NCBI GenBank assembly: GCA_965226795.1
Contig: CBDDDZ010000005.1
Coordinates: 608,001 to 672,000, forward strand
Direction of reading: 5' to 3'
DNA length: 64,000 nt
From: Candidatus Latescibacterota bacterium
GTDB taxonomy: Bacteria; Latescibacterota; UBA2968; GCA-2709665
Both the position numbers and the translations under genes were made by a program. Shown piece after piece: positions 10,344-21,512 of this stretch. How positions within the stretch are numbered: the stretch's first letter is position 1; each line of letters opens with the position of its first letter. Under the pieces are notes generated by a model. It worked only from the letters and a program-made list of their open reading frames with translations, was not told where the DNA came from and did not search any database.

Positions 10344-10988
10344 ATGAACCAGACCGACACCCAAAACCGCTTGCTCGACGCCGCCGAGCAACGCTTTGCC
10401 GAAAACGGAATCGGCGCCACGTCCCTGCGGGCCATTACTTCCGAGGCGTCCGCAAACCTGGCCTCCGTCCACTACCACTTCGGCTCCAAAGAAGCGCTGA
10501 TCGAAGCCGTCTTCGCCCGAAGGCTGGAACCGCTCAACCGGGAACGCTGCCGCCTTCTCGACGCGGAAGTGGCGGCCTCGGGTGGCGCGCCCACCGTCGA
10601 AGCCACCGTAAACGCCTTCGTTTCGCCCGTGATGCGGCTGGCATACGACCCCGCGGGCGGCGGCGAGAACTTCATGCTGCTCATCGGAAGGCTCTACTCC
10701 GAACCGGGAGACCTGGCATATAGGATCACGGAACAGTTCGCCGAAGTCTTCCAGCGATTTACGTCGACTCTTTCTCGCAGCCTTCCCCACCTGTCCCAGA
10801 CCGACCTGCTCTGGAGATTCTTCTTCATGGTCGGCGGCATCAGCATGCCGCTGATGGGGAGGCACATCATCCCGCGAAGGACGAGCGGCCTGTGCGATCC
10901 GTCCGACACCGAAAACAACATCAAACGACTCGTCGCGTTCCTCGCGGCCGGCCTACGGGCCGATGCCCCCAATGGAGACACATCTTGA
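10344..10988 (+). CDS. TetR/AcrR family regulator (PsrA-like)
   Basis: LLDAAEQRFAENG...SLRAIT...ANLASVHYHFGSKEAL HTH. Confidence 0.92.
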   Translation: MNQTDTQNRLLDAAEQRFAENGIGATSLRAITSEASANLASVHYHFGSKEALIEAVFARRLEPLNRERCRLLDAEVAASGGAPTVEATVNAFVSPVMRLAYDPAGGGENFMLLIGRLYSEPGDLAYRITEQFAEVFQRFTSTLSRSLPHLSQTDLLWRFFFMVGGISMPLMGRHIIPRRTSGLCDPSDTENNIKRLVAFLAAGLRADAPNGDTS

Positions 10989-12427
10989 GACGTGTACTTC
11001 CCATTCTCGCCCTGCTGCTGGCGGCCTGCGCCGCTGCGCCAAAGGTGAACCCACCCGACCTCAACGTGACGGTACCGGAGCGCTGGTCTGCCGGGCAGCC
11101 CGGCGCCGCAAAGACGGACACCCTCTGGTGGCGCGCGTTCAATGACGAAACCCTAACCGGCCTGGTCGCCGAGGCGCTCGCGCACAACCTCAACCTTCAG
11201 GCCGCCGCCGCCCGGGTAAACGCCGCCGCAGCGCGCGCCAGAATCGCGGGCGCCCCTCTATATCCCGATGCGGCAGGCCGCGCCGGCGGGTCACGCCGCA
11301 AACAGAATTTCATCGGCCTGCCCATCCCCGGATCCGGAAACGGCGTTCTGACCTCTACGTCCAACAGCGTCGGCTTATCGCTCGATATCTCCTGGGAACT
11401 CGATCTCTGGGGTCGTCTGGGAGCCGGGGCGTCCGCGGCACTGGCCGATATGCAAGCCGCGCGCGCCGATTACGCGGGCGCCCGACTTTCGCTGGCGGGA
11501 CAGACCGCCAAGACCTGGTTTGCGGCTGTGGAGGCCCACAGGCAGGTTGAACTGTCGGAGGCCACCGTCGAAAACTTCCGGACCTCCAGCGAGGTCGTGC
11601 GCGAACGCTACAGGCGCGGTCTGAGGCACGCCCTGGACCTCCGCCGCGCACTGTCGAACCTGGCCGGCGCCGAGGCCGTCCTTCAACAAAACCGACTCGT
11701 CTACGGCGCGACCCGCCGCCAGCTCGAGGTTCTCCTGGGCCGATATCCCGCCGCCGCTCTCAGCCCCGGCATCGCTCTGCCCGGCCTGCCCGATGCCGTT
11801 CCCGCCGGCCTCCCCGCCGACCTCGTCTCCCGCCGTCCGGACCTCGTGGCGGCCGAACGCGGGCTGGCGGCTTCCTACGCCCGTTACACGCAGGCAAAAA
11901 GGGCGCTCTTTCCCCGCATCAGCCTTACGGGGTCCGCCGGTACCTCGAGCAAGGAACTGGAAAATCTGCTCGACGGCGACTTCAGCGTGTGGAACCTGGC
12001 GGGCAACATCCTGCAACCCCTCTTCCAGGGCGGACGAATCCGCGGCGGCATCCAGCAGGCGGCCTCACAATCCGAACAGGCGCTGGCGCTATACGTTCAT
12101 AGCGTCCTGGCCGCCTATGCGGAAGTGGAAAACGCGCTTGCAGCCGAGGGTCTTCTGGCCAAACGACAGGCCGCGCTCGAAACCGCCACGGAACAGGCGC
12201 TTGCCGCGCGCCGCCTTGCCGAAGACCGGTACGCGGGCGGGCTTGTGGACCTCAATACGATGCTTGACGCTCAGCGCGGCGCCTACGCTTCCGAAAGCCA
12301 GTTGATTGCCGTGCGCCGCCAGCGTCTGGGAAACCGGGTCAACCTGCACCTCGCTCTCGGTGGGGGCTTTACGGGTTCCGACAGAGTGGTTTCAAGTATT
12401 CCCACCGCGCAACCGGAAGGACATTAA
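10985..12427 (+). CDS. RND efflux outer-membrane lipoprotein (NodT/OprM family)
   Basis: TTG start overlapping the tetR stop; lipobox LAAC; SWELDLWG, PADLVSRRPDL, LHLALGGG motifs. Confidence 0.9.
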   Translation: MRRVLPILALLLAACAAAPKVNPPDLNVTVPERWSAGQPGAAKTDTLWWRAFNDETLTGLVAEALAHNLNLQAAAARVNAAAARARIAGAPLYPDAAGRAGGSRRKQNFIGLPIPGSGNGVLTSTSNSVGLSLDISWELDLWGRLGAGASAALADMQAARADYAGARLSLAGQTAKTWFAAVEAHRQVELSEATVENFRTSSEVVRERYRRGLRHALDLRRALSNLAGAEAVLQQNRLVYGATRRQLEVLLGRYPAAALSPGIALPGLPDAVPAGLPADLVSRRPDLVAAERGLAASYARYTQAKRALFPRISLTGSAGTSSKELENLLDGDFSVWNLAGNILQPLFQGGRIRGGIQQAASQSEQALALYVHSVLAAYAEVENALAAEGLLAKRQAALETATEQALAARRLAEDRYAGGLVDLNTMLDAQRGAYASESQLIAVRRQRLGNRVNLHLALGGGFTGSDRVVSSIPTAQPEGH

Positions 12428-12430
12428 TCC

Positions 12431-13708
12431 ATGGGTCGGTATCAAAGGAGGAATCCGGACAGACCGCGAATTTTCGCACGTTTTTGGGGCGCCGTGTTCG
12501 GCTGGATTCGGCGGCATCCAAAGGCGCTGCTCCCCGTGGCCGTGATTCTAATCGGAATTCTGAGCGCGTACGTCCTCATCAGCGCGCGGTCCAAAGTCGT
12601 GGTGGCGCCCCCGGAAGTACCGCCTCCGCTGGTGCGAGCGATAACGGTCGAATCCCGGGACTTTCAATTGAAGGTTCATGCTCAGGGCATCGTCGCGCCG
12701 CGCACAGAAACCAGTCTGGTGTCCCAGGTTGCCGGACAGATCATCTCCGTCTCCCCCGCCTTCGCCAACGGTGGCTTCTTTAAAGCCGGTGATGTACTGC
12801 TCACCATCGATCCTCGGGACTACGAACTCGCGGTCGATCGTGCGCGGGCCGTGGTCGCGCAGGCCGAAGTGAGACTGGCGAGGGAAGAGGAAGAATCCGA
12901 ATTGGCCATGCAGGAATGGAAGCGCCTGGGCGACGGCGAGGCCACGGACCTGGCCCTTCGCAAACCCCAGCTGGCCGACGCACGCGCCGCCCGCCAGGCC
13001 GCGCGGGCGTCCCGGGAACTGGCCCGCCTCGCGCTCGAGCGAACCCGCATCCGCGCTCCCTACGAAGGGCGCGTGCTCTCCAAATCAGTGGGCCTGGGCC
13101 AGCACATCAATCCCGGTGCTCCCGTCGCCCGCATCTACGCCGTCGACTACGCCGAGATCCGACTGGCCGTGCCGCACGAACAACTTGCCTACCTCGATCT
13201 GGCCTACAGCTTTCGCAACGAACTCGAACCCGCGTCGCGACCGAAAGCCCTGATTCGAGCGGTGTTCGCCGGACGCCGGCACACGTGGGCGGGTCAAGTC
13301 GTACGTATAGAAGGTGAAATCGACGCCCGCACCCGCATGGTCCACCTGGTAGCCCGCGTCGATGCTCCATACGACAGGGGGGATGATCCGGATCGTCCTC
13401 CGCTCTTCGCCGGCCTGTTTGTCGAGGCCGAAATCGTGGGGCGCGTCGCCCGGAACATCCTGGTTGTGCCGCGTGCAGCCGTCAGGGGTTCGGATGAGGT
13501 TCTCGTTATAGATGACGACAACCGTCTGCGTTTCCGTCGCGTCGATCTGTTAAGGCTGGAAGCGGAAAACGCGCTGATCCGATCCGGTCTGGCCACCGGC
13601 GAACGGGTCTGCATCTCGCCGCTCGCCGCGGTCGTCGACGGCATGCGGGTCCGCGTCCTTACGGAGAACGATAAACCTGCATCGAGGCGGCAAGGAGGTA
13701 TCGGATGA
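12431..13708 (+). CDS. RND efflux periplasmic adaptor (membrane fusion protein)
   Basis: TM anchor, SQVAGQI lipoyl half, IRAPYEG, IDARTR, GLFVEAEI. Confidence 0.9.
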   Translation: MGRYQRRNPDRPRIFARFWGAVFGWIRRHPKALLPVAVILIGILSAYVLISARSKVVVAPPEVPPPLVRAITVESRDFQLKVHAQGIVAPRTETSLVSQVAGQIISVSPAFANGGFFKAGDVLLTIDPRDYELAVDRARAVVAQAEVRLAREEEESELAMQEWKRLGDGEATDLALRKPQLADARAARQAARASRELARLALERTRIRAPYEGRVLSKSVGLGQHINPGAPVARIYAVDYAEIRLAVPHEQLAYLDLAYSFRNELEPASRPKALIRAVFAGRRHTWAGQVVRIEGEIDARTRMVHLVARVDAPYDRGDDPDRPPLFAGLFVEAEIVGRVARNILVVPRAAVRGSDEVLVIDDDNRLRFRRVDLLRLEAENALIRSGLATGERVCISPLAAVVDGMRVRVLTENDKPASRRQGGIG

Positions 13709-16700
13709 ACCGCGCCATTGCCTGGTTCGCCGAAAACAGCGTCGCCGCGAATCTGCTCATGGTTGTTATCCTGGCCAGCGGCATACTCACGATTTCCAGC
13801 CTTGAAGTCGAGCATTTTCCGGAATTCTCGTCCGACCTCATCTCGGTTTCAGTCGTTTATCGCGGTGCGGCGCCGGAGGAAGTGGAAGAAGGCGTCTGTG
13901 TGCGGATCGAGGAGGCGGTGCAGAGTCTGGAAGGCATCAAACGCATTCGGTCCACCGCTTCCGAAAACCGGGGCAGCGTCAACATCGAACTCAAGCCCGG
14001 CGCGGATGCCCGCAAGTTGCTGGAAGATGTCAAGTCCGCCGTTGACGGGATCGACACGTTTCCCGACGAAACCGAACAACCCGTCATCCAGGAAGTCGTG
14101 TTGCGTCGCCAGGTAATCAACGTGGCCGTTTCCGGCAACGCCGACGAAGCCACGCTCAAATACCTGGGTGAGCAGGTGCGCGACGAGATCACGGCCATAC
14201 CCGGAATTACCCAGGCGGTACTCAGCGGCGCGCGTCCGTACGAGGTTTCCATCGAAGTCCCCGAATCCGCGCTGCGGCGCTTCAACCTGACCTTCGACGA
14301 AGTCGTCAGGGCGGTACGCCGATCCTCCCTGGATCTGCCCGGCGGCGCCATCAAAACGGAAGGCGGGGAAATCCTGCTGCGGACAAAAGGGCAGGCCTAC
14401 CGGGGTCCGGCCTTTGAAAACATCGTCCTGCGCACCCGGCCTGACGGGGCCGCGCTCACCGTGGGCGACGTTGCCAGGGTTGTGGACGGATTTGCGGACG
14501 CGGATCTAACCGGACGTTTCGACCTGGAACCCGGTGTGATTGTACAGGTCTTTCGGGTGGGCGACCAGGATGCGCTTGAAATCTCCCGAAATGTCAAGGA
14601 ATACGTCAAATCGGCGGCATCCCGGCTGCCCGAGGGCATTTCTCTGACCGTCTACTCCGATTTCTCCAGGATCCTGGAAGGGCGGCTCAACCTGATGCTG
14701 AAAAACGGGCGGGGCGGCTTTATTCTGGTCCTCATTATCCTGGCTATGTTTTTGCGTCTTCGTCTGGCCTTCTGGATCGCCCTGGGGATTCCCGTCTCCT
14801 TCCTCGGCGCCATCTGGGTGATGCCGTCGATCGGCGCGTCCATTAATGTGATCTCGCTGTTTGCATTCATCGTGGTGCTGGGCATCGTTGTCGACGACGC
14901 AATCGTCGTCGGAGAGAATATTTACCGCCGGTTTCAGCAGGGGGAGCGCGGCCTGCGCGGCGCCATCGCCGGCGTCCAGGAAGTGGCCGTGCCGGTCACC
15001 TTTGCCGTGTTGACCTCCATTGCCGCGTTTTCGCCCCTGTTGATGGTTCCGGGCAACACCGGCAAGATCATGAGATTGATCCCCGAGATCGTCATTCTTA
15101 CGTTGGTTTTTTCACTGGTGGAATCCCTGTTCATTCTTCCCGCCCACCTGGCACACGTCAAGCTGCGCGGCAGAAAAAAAACAACCAGCCGTATCGGCCG
15201 GTTGTTGAGGGCGTTTCGAGACGGTTTTTCAACTCGCGTGGAATGGTTCATTCATGGGGTTTACCGCCCGCTGCTCGAACGCTGCCTGGAGTGGCGTTAC
15301 CTCAGCGCGTCAGTGGGCGTGGCCGCGCTGACACTGACGGCCGGACTCATTCTCGGCGGCTGGATTCAATTCCTGTTCTTCCCCCAGGTCCCGGCAGACA
15401 ACGTGGCGGCAAACCTGACGATGCCGCAGGGAACACCCGCCGAGACGACCGCGCGGGCCGTCAGCCGCCTTGAATCGTCCGCCATTCGGCTTCAGAGCGA
15501 AATGGAATCTGAAAGCGATCAGAAAATCTTCATGCATATGTTGGCTGTTGTGGGGGATCAACCCCTCAGGACGGCGCAGCGCCGATTTCAGGGTGGGAAT
15601 GCCGCTTTCTCCGGTGCGCACCTGGGCGAGGTCAACATTGAACTCACGCCCGCCGAGGAGCGAACCGTCAGCAGCATCGAAATCGCGAGGCGTTGGCGCG
15701 AACTTACCGGACCCATTTCCGATGCAACGGAACTGACGTTCACCTCGTCCCTCTTTTCCGCGGGCGATCCCATCAACATCCAGCTTACCGGCCCCGACTA
15801 CGCCGAACTCCGGGCCGCGGCGGAAAAGTTAAAGAGCAAACTCGCGGAGTACCCGGGTGTGCTGGACATTGCCGACTCGTTTCGCCCGGGCAAGAAGGAG
15901 GTTAAGCTCGCGCTGACCAAAGAGGCCCGCCTGCTTGGCCTCACCATGTCCGACCTGGCTCGGCAGGTGCGCCAGGCGTTCTACGGCGAAGAAGCGCAGC
16001 GTATCCAGAGAGGAAGGGACGACGTTCGGGTGATGGTACGCTATCCCGAGAGCGAGCGGCGGTCGTTGAACAACCTGGAGACCATGCGCATTCGAACGCC
16101 GGAAGGCGTGGAAGTGCCCTTCTCCGTTGCCGCCCGGACCGAAATCGGCAGGGGCTACGCCGCCATCAATCGCACCGACCGCCAGCGAATTGTAAACGTA
16201 ACGGCCGATGTCGACCGGAACAGAGCCAATGCCAATGATATTCTGGCCGACGTCACGTCGCAGGTGCTCCCGGCCATTGTGGCGGACCACCCCCGCGTAC
16301 GCTACAGCCTCGAAGGCGAGCAGCGGGAGCAGCAGGAAACCGTCTCCGGCCTATCGCAAAGCTTCGGCGTCGCCCTCATTGTCATCTTCGGCCTGCTCGC
16401 GATCCCCTTCCGATCCTATCTCCAGCCGTTCATTATCATGGCCGTTATCCCCTTCGGGTTTGTGGGCGCCATTTGGGGCCATATCATAATGGGCCTGGAC
16501 CTCACCATTCTATCACTATTCGGTCTGGTCGCACTGTCCGGCGTGGTCATCAACGACAGCCTCGTCCTCGTGGACTTCATCAACCGCCGGCGCGCGGCGG
16601 GAAACAGCCTGGAAGAAGCCATCCGCGAAGCCGGCGTGGCCCGCTTCCGGCCCATCATCCTCACGTCTCTCACGACCTTCGGCGGCCTTTCACCGCTGCT

Positions 16701-16905
16701 CTTTGAGACCAGCCTGCAGGCCCAGTTCCTCATCCCTATGGCGACTTCTCTGGGCTTCGGCGTCATTTTTGGTACCGCCGTTATCCTGATTCTGGTTCCC
16801 GTCACTTACGCCATCCTGGAAGACGTGAGGCACGCCGTCGCCCGGTTGTTCGGCCGCCTGCCGGCCGCGGAGACCGACCTCTCACCCCGTACCGCAGATG
16901 ACTGA
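13705..16905 (+). CDS. RND efflux permease (AcrB/AcrD/AcrF family)
   Basis: 1066 aa; GIVVDDAIVVGENI, GVVINDSLVL and RFRPIILTSLTT motifs. Confidence 0.95.
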   Translation: MNRAIAWFAENSVAANLLMVVILASGILTISSLEVEHFPEFSSDLISVSVVYRGAAPEEVEEGVCVRIEEAVQSLEGIKRIRSTASENRGSVNIELKPGADARKLLEDVKSAVDGIDTFPDETEQPVIQEVVLRRQVINVAVSGNADEATLKYLGEQVRDEITAIPGITQAVLSGARPYEVSIEVPESALRRFNLTFDEVVRAVRRSSLDLPGGAIKTEGGEILLRTKGQAYRGPAFENIVLRTRPDGAALTVGDVARVVDGFADADLTGRFDLEPGVIVQVFRVGDQDALEISRNVKEYVKSAASRLPEGISLTVYSDFSRILEGRLNLMLKNGRGGFILVLIILAMFLRLRLAFWIALGIPVSFLGAIWVMPSIGASINVISLFAFIVVLGIVVDDAIVVGENIYRRFQQGERGLRGAIAGVQEVAVPVTFAVLTSIAAFSPLLMVPGNTGKIMRLIPEIVILTLVFSLVESLFILPAHLAHVKLRGRKKTTSRIGRLLRAFRDGFSTRVEWFIHGVYRPLLERCLEWRYLSASVGVAALTLTAGLILGGWIQFLFFPQVPADNVAANLTMPQGTPAETTARAVSRLESSAIRLQSEMESESDQKIFMHMLAVVGDQPLRTAQRRFQGGNAAFSGAHLGEVNIELTPAEERTVSSIEIARRWRELTGPISDATELTFTSSLFSAGDPINIQLTGPDYAELRAAAEKLKSKLAEYPGVLDIADSFRPGKKEVKLALTKEARLLGLTMSDLARQVRQAFYGEEAQRIQRGRDDVRVMVRYPESERRSLNNLETMRIRTPEGVEVPFSVAARTEIGRGYAAINRTDRQRIVNVTADVDRNRANANDILADVTSQVLPAIVADHPRVRYSLEGEQREQQETVSGLSQSFGVALIVIFGLLAIPFRSYLQPFIIMAVIPFGFVGAIWGHIIMGLDLTILSLFGLVALSGVVINDSLVLVDFINRRRAAGNSLEEAIREAGVARFRPIILTSLTTFGGLSPLLFETSLQAQFLIPMATSLGFGVIFGTAVILILVPVTYAILEDVRHAVARLFGRLPAAETDLSPRTADD

Positions 16906-17464
16906 AACGGCATTCCCTCCGCAGGCTAAACCGGACGGACACTATCGCGTGGCGCCGTATCACCGTCCCATCGAACGGGCTAAAAAAATATCCGCGAAAT
17001 ATTGCCTTTGGGGCTGGTCTGAGGTAGACAACGAAGGCGTCCGATTCGAGAACCTTATCGCATCCCATCTTCTCAAGTTCTGCCACTTTCTTCGAGACGC
17101 CAATGGGGTAAACGCGGACCTGCGGCTATTGCGAGATCGTGAGAAACGGGAAGTGGACTTCGTCGTTCCGTGGAATGAGAGGCCTTGGTTCCTGGTTGAA
17201 TGCAAACCAACAGTACCCCGCAGGCACGGACACCTCGTTCGCTATGGTGAACTCCTGGACGTCAGGCAGAGATATGTCGTGACGCTTTCCGAAAGAGACG
17301 ACTACTACGACCGCGATACGGGCGTCCGTGTTCTGCCCGCATCCAGGTTCCTTACGGCGCTCCCGCAGGCAGCCGCCAATCAGCCGCAGCTTTTTCGTGA
17401 ACCCGTTTACAAAAGCGACCTGACAAAGCCCCCATCCACCTGCAGGGACGTGCCCGTGATATAG
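16898..17464 (+). pseudogene. C-terminal remnant of an AAA+/DUF4143 ATPase-nuclease
   Basis: FENLIASHLLK, RDREKREVDFVV, LVECK resemble the DUF4143/PD-(D/E)xK tail; no ATPase N-terminus is present. Confidence 0.6.
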
Positions 17465-18195
17465 CTCGACCGGTCCGAAGCCAGGAATATAACGTAATCG
17501 GAAAGTTCCTGCACCGTTCCAAGACGGCCCAGCGGTATTTCGTCGACCAGCGGACGCATCTCGTCCTGAACGGAAGTTTCCTTTGCCCTGGCGGCTTCCT
17601 CGAACTCCTCCCTCAGGAGTTCGGTGTCGATAAACCCCGTGCACACGTTGTTTACCAGAATCCGATCGCGGGCGTATTCGTTTGCGAGGGTCTTCGCCGC
17701 GCCCACAACCGCCGTCCGCAACACGTTCGACGCCGTATTCCCCGCCGGTTGCCTGACCGCGAACGCGCACAGGTTGATTATCCTCCCGCCTCCCCGCGCC
17801 TGCATCAGCGGGATGGCCCGCCTGCACATCCGCAGCACGTAATTCAGGATCAGATCCGTGTATTCCCGCCACATCGCTTCCGACACTTCCGCGAAGGGGG
17901 TGGCGGGCGGACCCCCTGAATTGTTCACAAGAATATCGATTCCGCCGAACGCGCTCACGGTCTCTTCCACCAATCGATCCACGCTCTCCTCACGGGATAG
18001 ATCTCCGGCAACGGTAAGCACTTCCGACCCGGTCGCCGCCCTGATTTCGGCTGATGCCGCTTCGAGCCTGCGCTCGTTCCTCGCGCAGATGGAGACCCGC
18101 GCCCCCTCCCGGGCAAGCGCCATCGCGCATCCTTTCCCCAGGCCGCGGCTCGCACCCCCCACGACCGCCACCTTATCTTTCAATCCCATGTTCAT
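17407..18195 (-). CDS. SDR family oxidoreductase
   Basis: GGASRGLG Rossmann motif, [20 protein letters not shown]; catalytic motif atypical (SNVLR in place of YxxxK); start ATG 18195. Confidence 0.9.
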   Translation of the reverse strand: MNMGLKDKVAVVGGASRGLGKGCAMALAREGARVSICARNERRLEAASAEIRAATGSEVLTVAGDLSREESVDRLVEETVSAFGGIDILVNNSGGPPATPFAEVSEAMWREYTDLILNYVLRMCRRAIPLMQARGGGRIINLCAFAVRQPAGNTASNVLRTAVVGAAKTLANEYARDRILVNNVCTGFIDTELLREEFEEAARAKETSVQDEMRPLVDEIPLGRLGTVQELSDYVIFLASDRSSYITGTSLQVDGGFVRSLL

Positions 18196-18398
18196 CTGAA
18201 GACCCCCCTCCGATAGACTTGACAACGGCGGTCCATTCGCCCGTGCGTTCGCATCGGGAAACGAACTTCCGCATTTTGATTGACATTCGTTCACGCCACG
18301 CGCATGATACCAATCCAGACCACTCGGCGGATTCTGGTGTACGGACAACCTGCCGCCGACCCATGTCACACACCAGACCGGAAAGAAGAGGCCGGAGC

Positions 18399-20270
18399 AT
18401 GAGATCAACCGAGGTTCTCGCCCATAATTTCCGTCATCACGGCCCCGCCACCACCAGCAGCCACCCCAGGGGAACCGTTGCCGCCGCTGACGGCAACGGC
18501 CGGAACGTGGTTCTCGTCTGGCTGTTCGACCACCGCGGCGGGTACGCACTGCTGGTTATCGATGCCGCGACCGGTGAAAGCCGGGAGTTCCCGGTACCCT
18601 TTCCGCCCGGAGGCGATTGCCCCTATGCCTCACTCCTTTCCAGCCGGAATCGGTTCTACACCCACTTCAACGGCTACTTCGTGGAGTTCGACGTCAACGC
18701 TCTGGACTACACTTTCTGCCACGAAACCGCCCCCCGCATGGCGATGGGATTGACGGAAGACGACAGGGGAGTAATCTGGTCTTCCACCTATCCGCAAAGC
18801 GGGCTCGCGTCCTACGATCCGGATAGCGGAGATTTCAGGGACTACGGGCACCTGTACGACCAGAACTGGCGCCAGTATCCCACCACCCTTGCCGCGGACG
18901 ACGCCGGCTGGATTTACTTCGGCATCGGCACGACCCTGTGCCAGATCATTGCGTTTGACAGGGAACGTGAACACGCAGCGCCGCTGCTGGCGGAGCACGA
19001 ACGTTCCCGAGGGAGCGCGTCCGTCTACCGGGACCTCAACGGTAGAGTCTACGCGCTTCCACCGACCGGAACCCCATGGCCCGGGGACAACCCGGACGCG
19101 GAATCATGGTACGAACTCTACCGGGGTGAACGCAAGGCGGTACCCAGGCGGGAAAGGCGAGAAAAGCCCTATATTGCAGGAGATTCCGGCCACGTTCATC
19201 CACACTTCCCCGACGGGAGCACACTTCTGAAATGCTGTCTCGTCGATCGCGTGTTATCCGTGGAGGGCCCGGATGGCGTGCAATCGCCGGACGTGTCGTT
19301 CGACTACACGAGCGAGGGCGCGCACATCATGGGCGTCGCTGCCGCGCCGGACGGGAGCATCTGCGGGGGCACATTTTTCCCGAGGCGCACTTTCAGCTAT
19401 CAACCCGATACGGACACCTGGATCGAGAGGGAGAGCTTCGGCCAGTGGAATACCGTGGGCCGCCAGGGAGACCGCTTCTTCGTGGGCGGGTACGGCAGCG
19501 GCTCCCTCCTGGAATGGGATCCCTTCAGGCCCTGGGTGACTACGGAAAAAGAGAATCCAGGCTCGAATCCCTTCTTCCACCGGATCTGTACGCCCACCCT
19601 GCATCGCCCACACAAACTGCTCGTCCATCCCGACGGCAAAACGCTGGTGGTGGCCGGTACCCCTGGCTACGGCTATACGGGCGGCGGCCTGCTCATCTGG
19701 AATTGCGACAGGCGAACCGGGACCCTTCTGGAACATACCGACCTGTTGCCTGATCACTCAACGGCAAGCTTGGCCGCTCTGCCGGGCGGGAAGCTGCTGG
19801 GCGGCACGACAACCAGTCCGGGAACCGGCGGGGAACAGAAGGCCGCCGAAGCCGAACTCTACATTTTCGACATGGCCGACAGAAAGGTGGCGTGGCGCGA
19901 GGTTCTCTTCCCCGGGGCGCAGGAATACACGGACCTGTGCAACGGGCACGACGGTCTTGTTTACGGTTTCGTTGACCGGGCGCGATTTTTCGTCTTCTGT
20001 CCCGACAGACGCGAGGTGGTTCATCAGGAAGAGACGGAAAGGAACTTCGGACCAACGGCGCATCAGCAGGGGCCGCGCGTCTTCGTGACGGCGCCTGACG
20101 ATACCGTCTACATTCTATTCGAAAAAGGCATCGCCCGCATCGAAAGCGGCACGTTCGCGATCGACCTGTGCGCCCCCTCACCGGTGCCCGTCAGCAACGG
20201 GGGTGACTTTCTGGACGGCCGTATCTATTTCACCAGCGACTCGCATCTTTACAGCTGGGAAATTTCGTAA
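18399..20270 (+). CDS. Beta-propeller repeat protein (PQQ-like/WD40-like), function unknown
   Basis: Repeated blade motifs (xxDGxIY/xxGT), [17 protein letters not shown] before ATG 18399. Confidence 0.65.
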   Translation: MRSTEVLAHNFRHHGPATTSSHPRGTVAAADGNGRNVVLVWLFDHRGGYALLVIDAATGESREFPVPFPPGGDCPYASLLSSRNRFYTHFNGYFVEFDVNALDYTFCHETAPRMAMGLTEDDRGVIWSSTYPQSGLASYDPDSGDFRDYGHLYDQNWRQYPTTLAADDAGWIYFGIGTTLCQIIAFDREREHAAPLLAEHERSRGSASVYRDLNGRVYALPPTGTPWPGDNPDAESWYELYRGERKAVPRRERREKPYIAGDSGHVHPHFPDGSTLLKCCLVDRVLSVEGPDGVQSPDVSFDYTSEGAHIMGVAAAPDGSICGGTFFPRRTFSYQPDTDTWIERESFGQWNTVGRQGDRFFVGGYGSGSLLEWDPFRPWVTTEKENPGSNPFFHRICTPTLHRPHKLLVHPDGKTLVVAGTPGYGYTGGGLLIWNCDRRTGTLLEHTDLLPDHSTASLAALPGGKLLGGTTTSPGTGGEQKAAEAELYIFDMADRKVAWREVLFPGAQEYTDLCNGHDGLVYGFVDRARFFVFCPDRREVVHQEETERNFGPTAHQQGPRVFVTAPDDTVYILFEKGIARIESGTFAIDLCAPSPVPVSNGGDFLDGRIYFTSDSHLYSWEIS

Positions 20271-20615
20271 TGGGACGCCACGGTGGGGCCCGTCTCCCGT
20301 CCTCGTCGCGTCCGTCCGGCACAAACCGCGATCGCTTTACCCTTCAATAATCCCCCGCAGCCGCTCATCCAGATCCGCCCAGACTTCCGGCTGCGATTCC
20401 ATCAGGCGTCGGTCTCTCAGCGAACCTCCAGGCACGCGCGGGGGCAGGATCAACGCAGGGCCTCCGACCGCGCCCGGTCGTTGCCGGTCGGTTGTGTTAA
20501 GCAGGAAGTTTGGATGCGATGTCTGACTTAAACGCGCTTCTCCGTTCCGGTCTCGTGTGCACGCCTCCCGCATCGAGTTCGGACGTCGGCTCCGAATGTG
20601 TACCGCCGGCGATTT

Positions 20616-21350
20616 TTATGGATCGTATCCAAGTGCTTTTGCCTTCCAATTCTCGTAAAACCGCCTCGCGTATTCCCGAAAAAGATCGAGGCGGTCCATA
20701 ACGGCCTGCTCGAAGTCATGCATGGCATCCTCGCCCAGCGTTTCGAGCAGGGCCTCGTGGTAGGCGGGCACGGCATCCCATTCCTTAATGGTCTCCGCCG
20801 TGATTTCTATGTGAAACTGGGCGGTGATCGCGTGATCCCCCATACTCATCGCCTGGACCGCGCACAACTCGGACGACGCAAGGACCTCCAGTTCGTCCGG
20901 CACGGTCTTCACCGCCGAGCTATGCCACTGCAGGCACGGGAGCCTCGCCGGGAAACCCGTGAAGAATCCACTTGCCTTACCTGGGGTCGTCAGGGAAATA
21001 TCCATCACCCCCACCTCGGGGCTCTCGTTCGCACCGACCAGGCCGCCCAGGGCCGCGGCCAGCAACTGGTGTCCCAGGCAGATGCCCACGAAGGGCATTT
21101 TTTTCTCGGCGACCGTGTATCGAATGGCCGCTTTCTCCTCGGCCAGCCAGGGGTACGCGTCCTCCTGCCACACATCCATGGGGCCGCCCATCACCCACAG
21201 TGCGTCGTAGGCGTCCAGATCCGGGATGCGCTCTCCCGCATCCAGTTCCACAACGTCCCACCGGATTCCATCCTCAGCGAAGAACTCGCGAAAGAGGCCG
21301 GGATGTTCAACGTCCAGATGTTGGAAGACCAGCAGCCGCTTGAGGCCCAA
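20616..21350 (-). CDS. Class I glutamine amidotransferase (GMP synthase-like)
   Basis: MGGPMDV, GICLGHQLLA, LQWH, QFHIE triad motifs. Confidence 0.9.
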   Translation of the reverse strand: MGLKRLLVFQHLDVEHPGLFREFFAEDGIRWDVVELDAGERIPDLDAYDALWVMGGPMDVWQEDAYPWLAEEKAAIRYTVAEKKMPFVGICLGHQLLAAALGGLVGANESPEVGVMDISLTTPGKASGFFTGFPARLPCLQWHSSAVKTVPDELEVLASSELCAVQAMSMGDHAITAQFHIEITAETIKEWDAVPAYHEALLETLGEDAMHDFEQAVMDRLDLFREYARRFYENWKAKALGYDP

Positions 21351-21437
21351 GGTTGCCTCCCGGGTTTTCCTTCTGGATTCCAGGTTGTGAAATCAATATC
21401 TTAAGTCTGTGGCCCCTGAGCCCTGCTGTGAGCAGCA

Positions 21438-21456
21438 CCCTGAGCCTGTCGAAGGG
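21438..21456. repeat. REP-like repeat CCCTGAGCCTGTCGAAGGG
   Basis: Same family as the clusters at 23286-23376 and 43241-43505. Confidence 0.6.
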
Positions 21457-21512
21457 CTGTCACGGGGGCAATCCTGCAAGACACCGTTCAACGTCTCGTG
21501 GAGGCAGATACG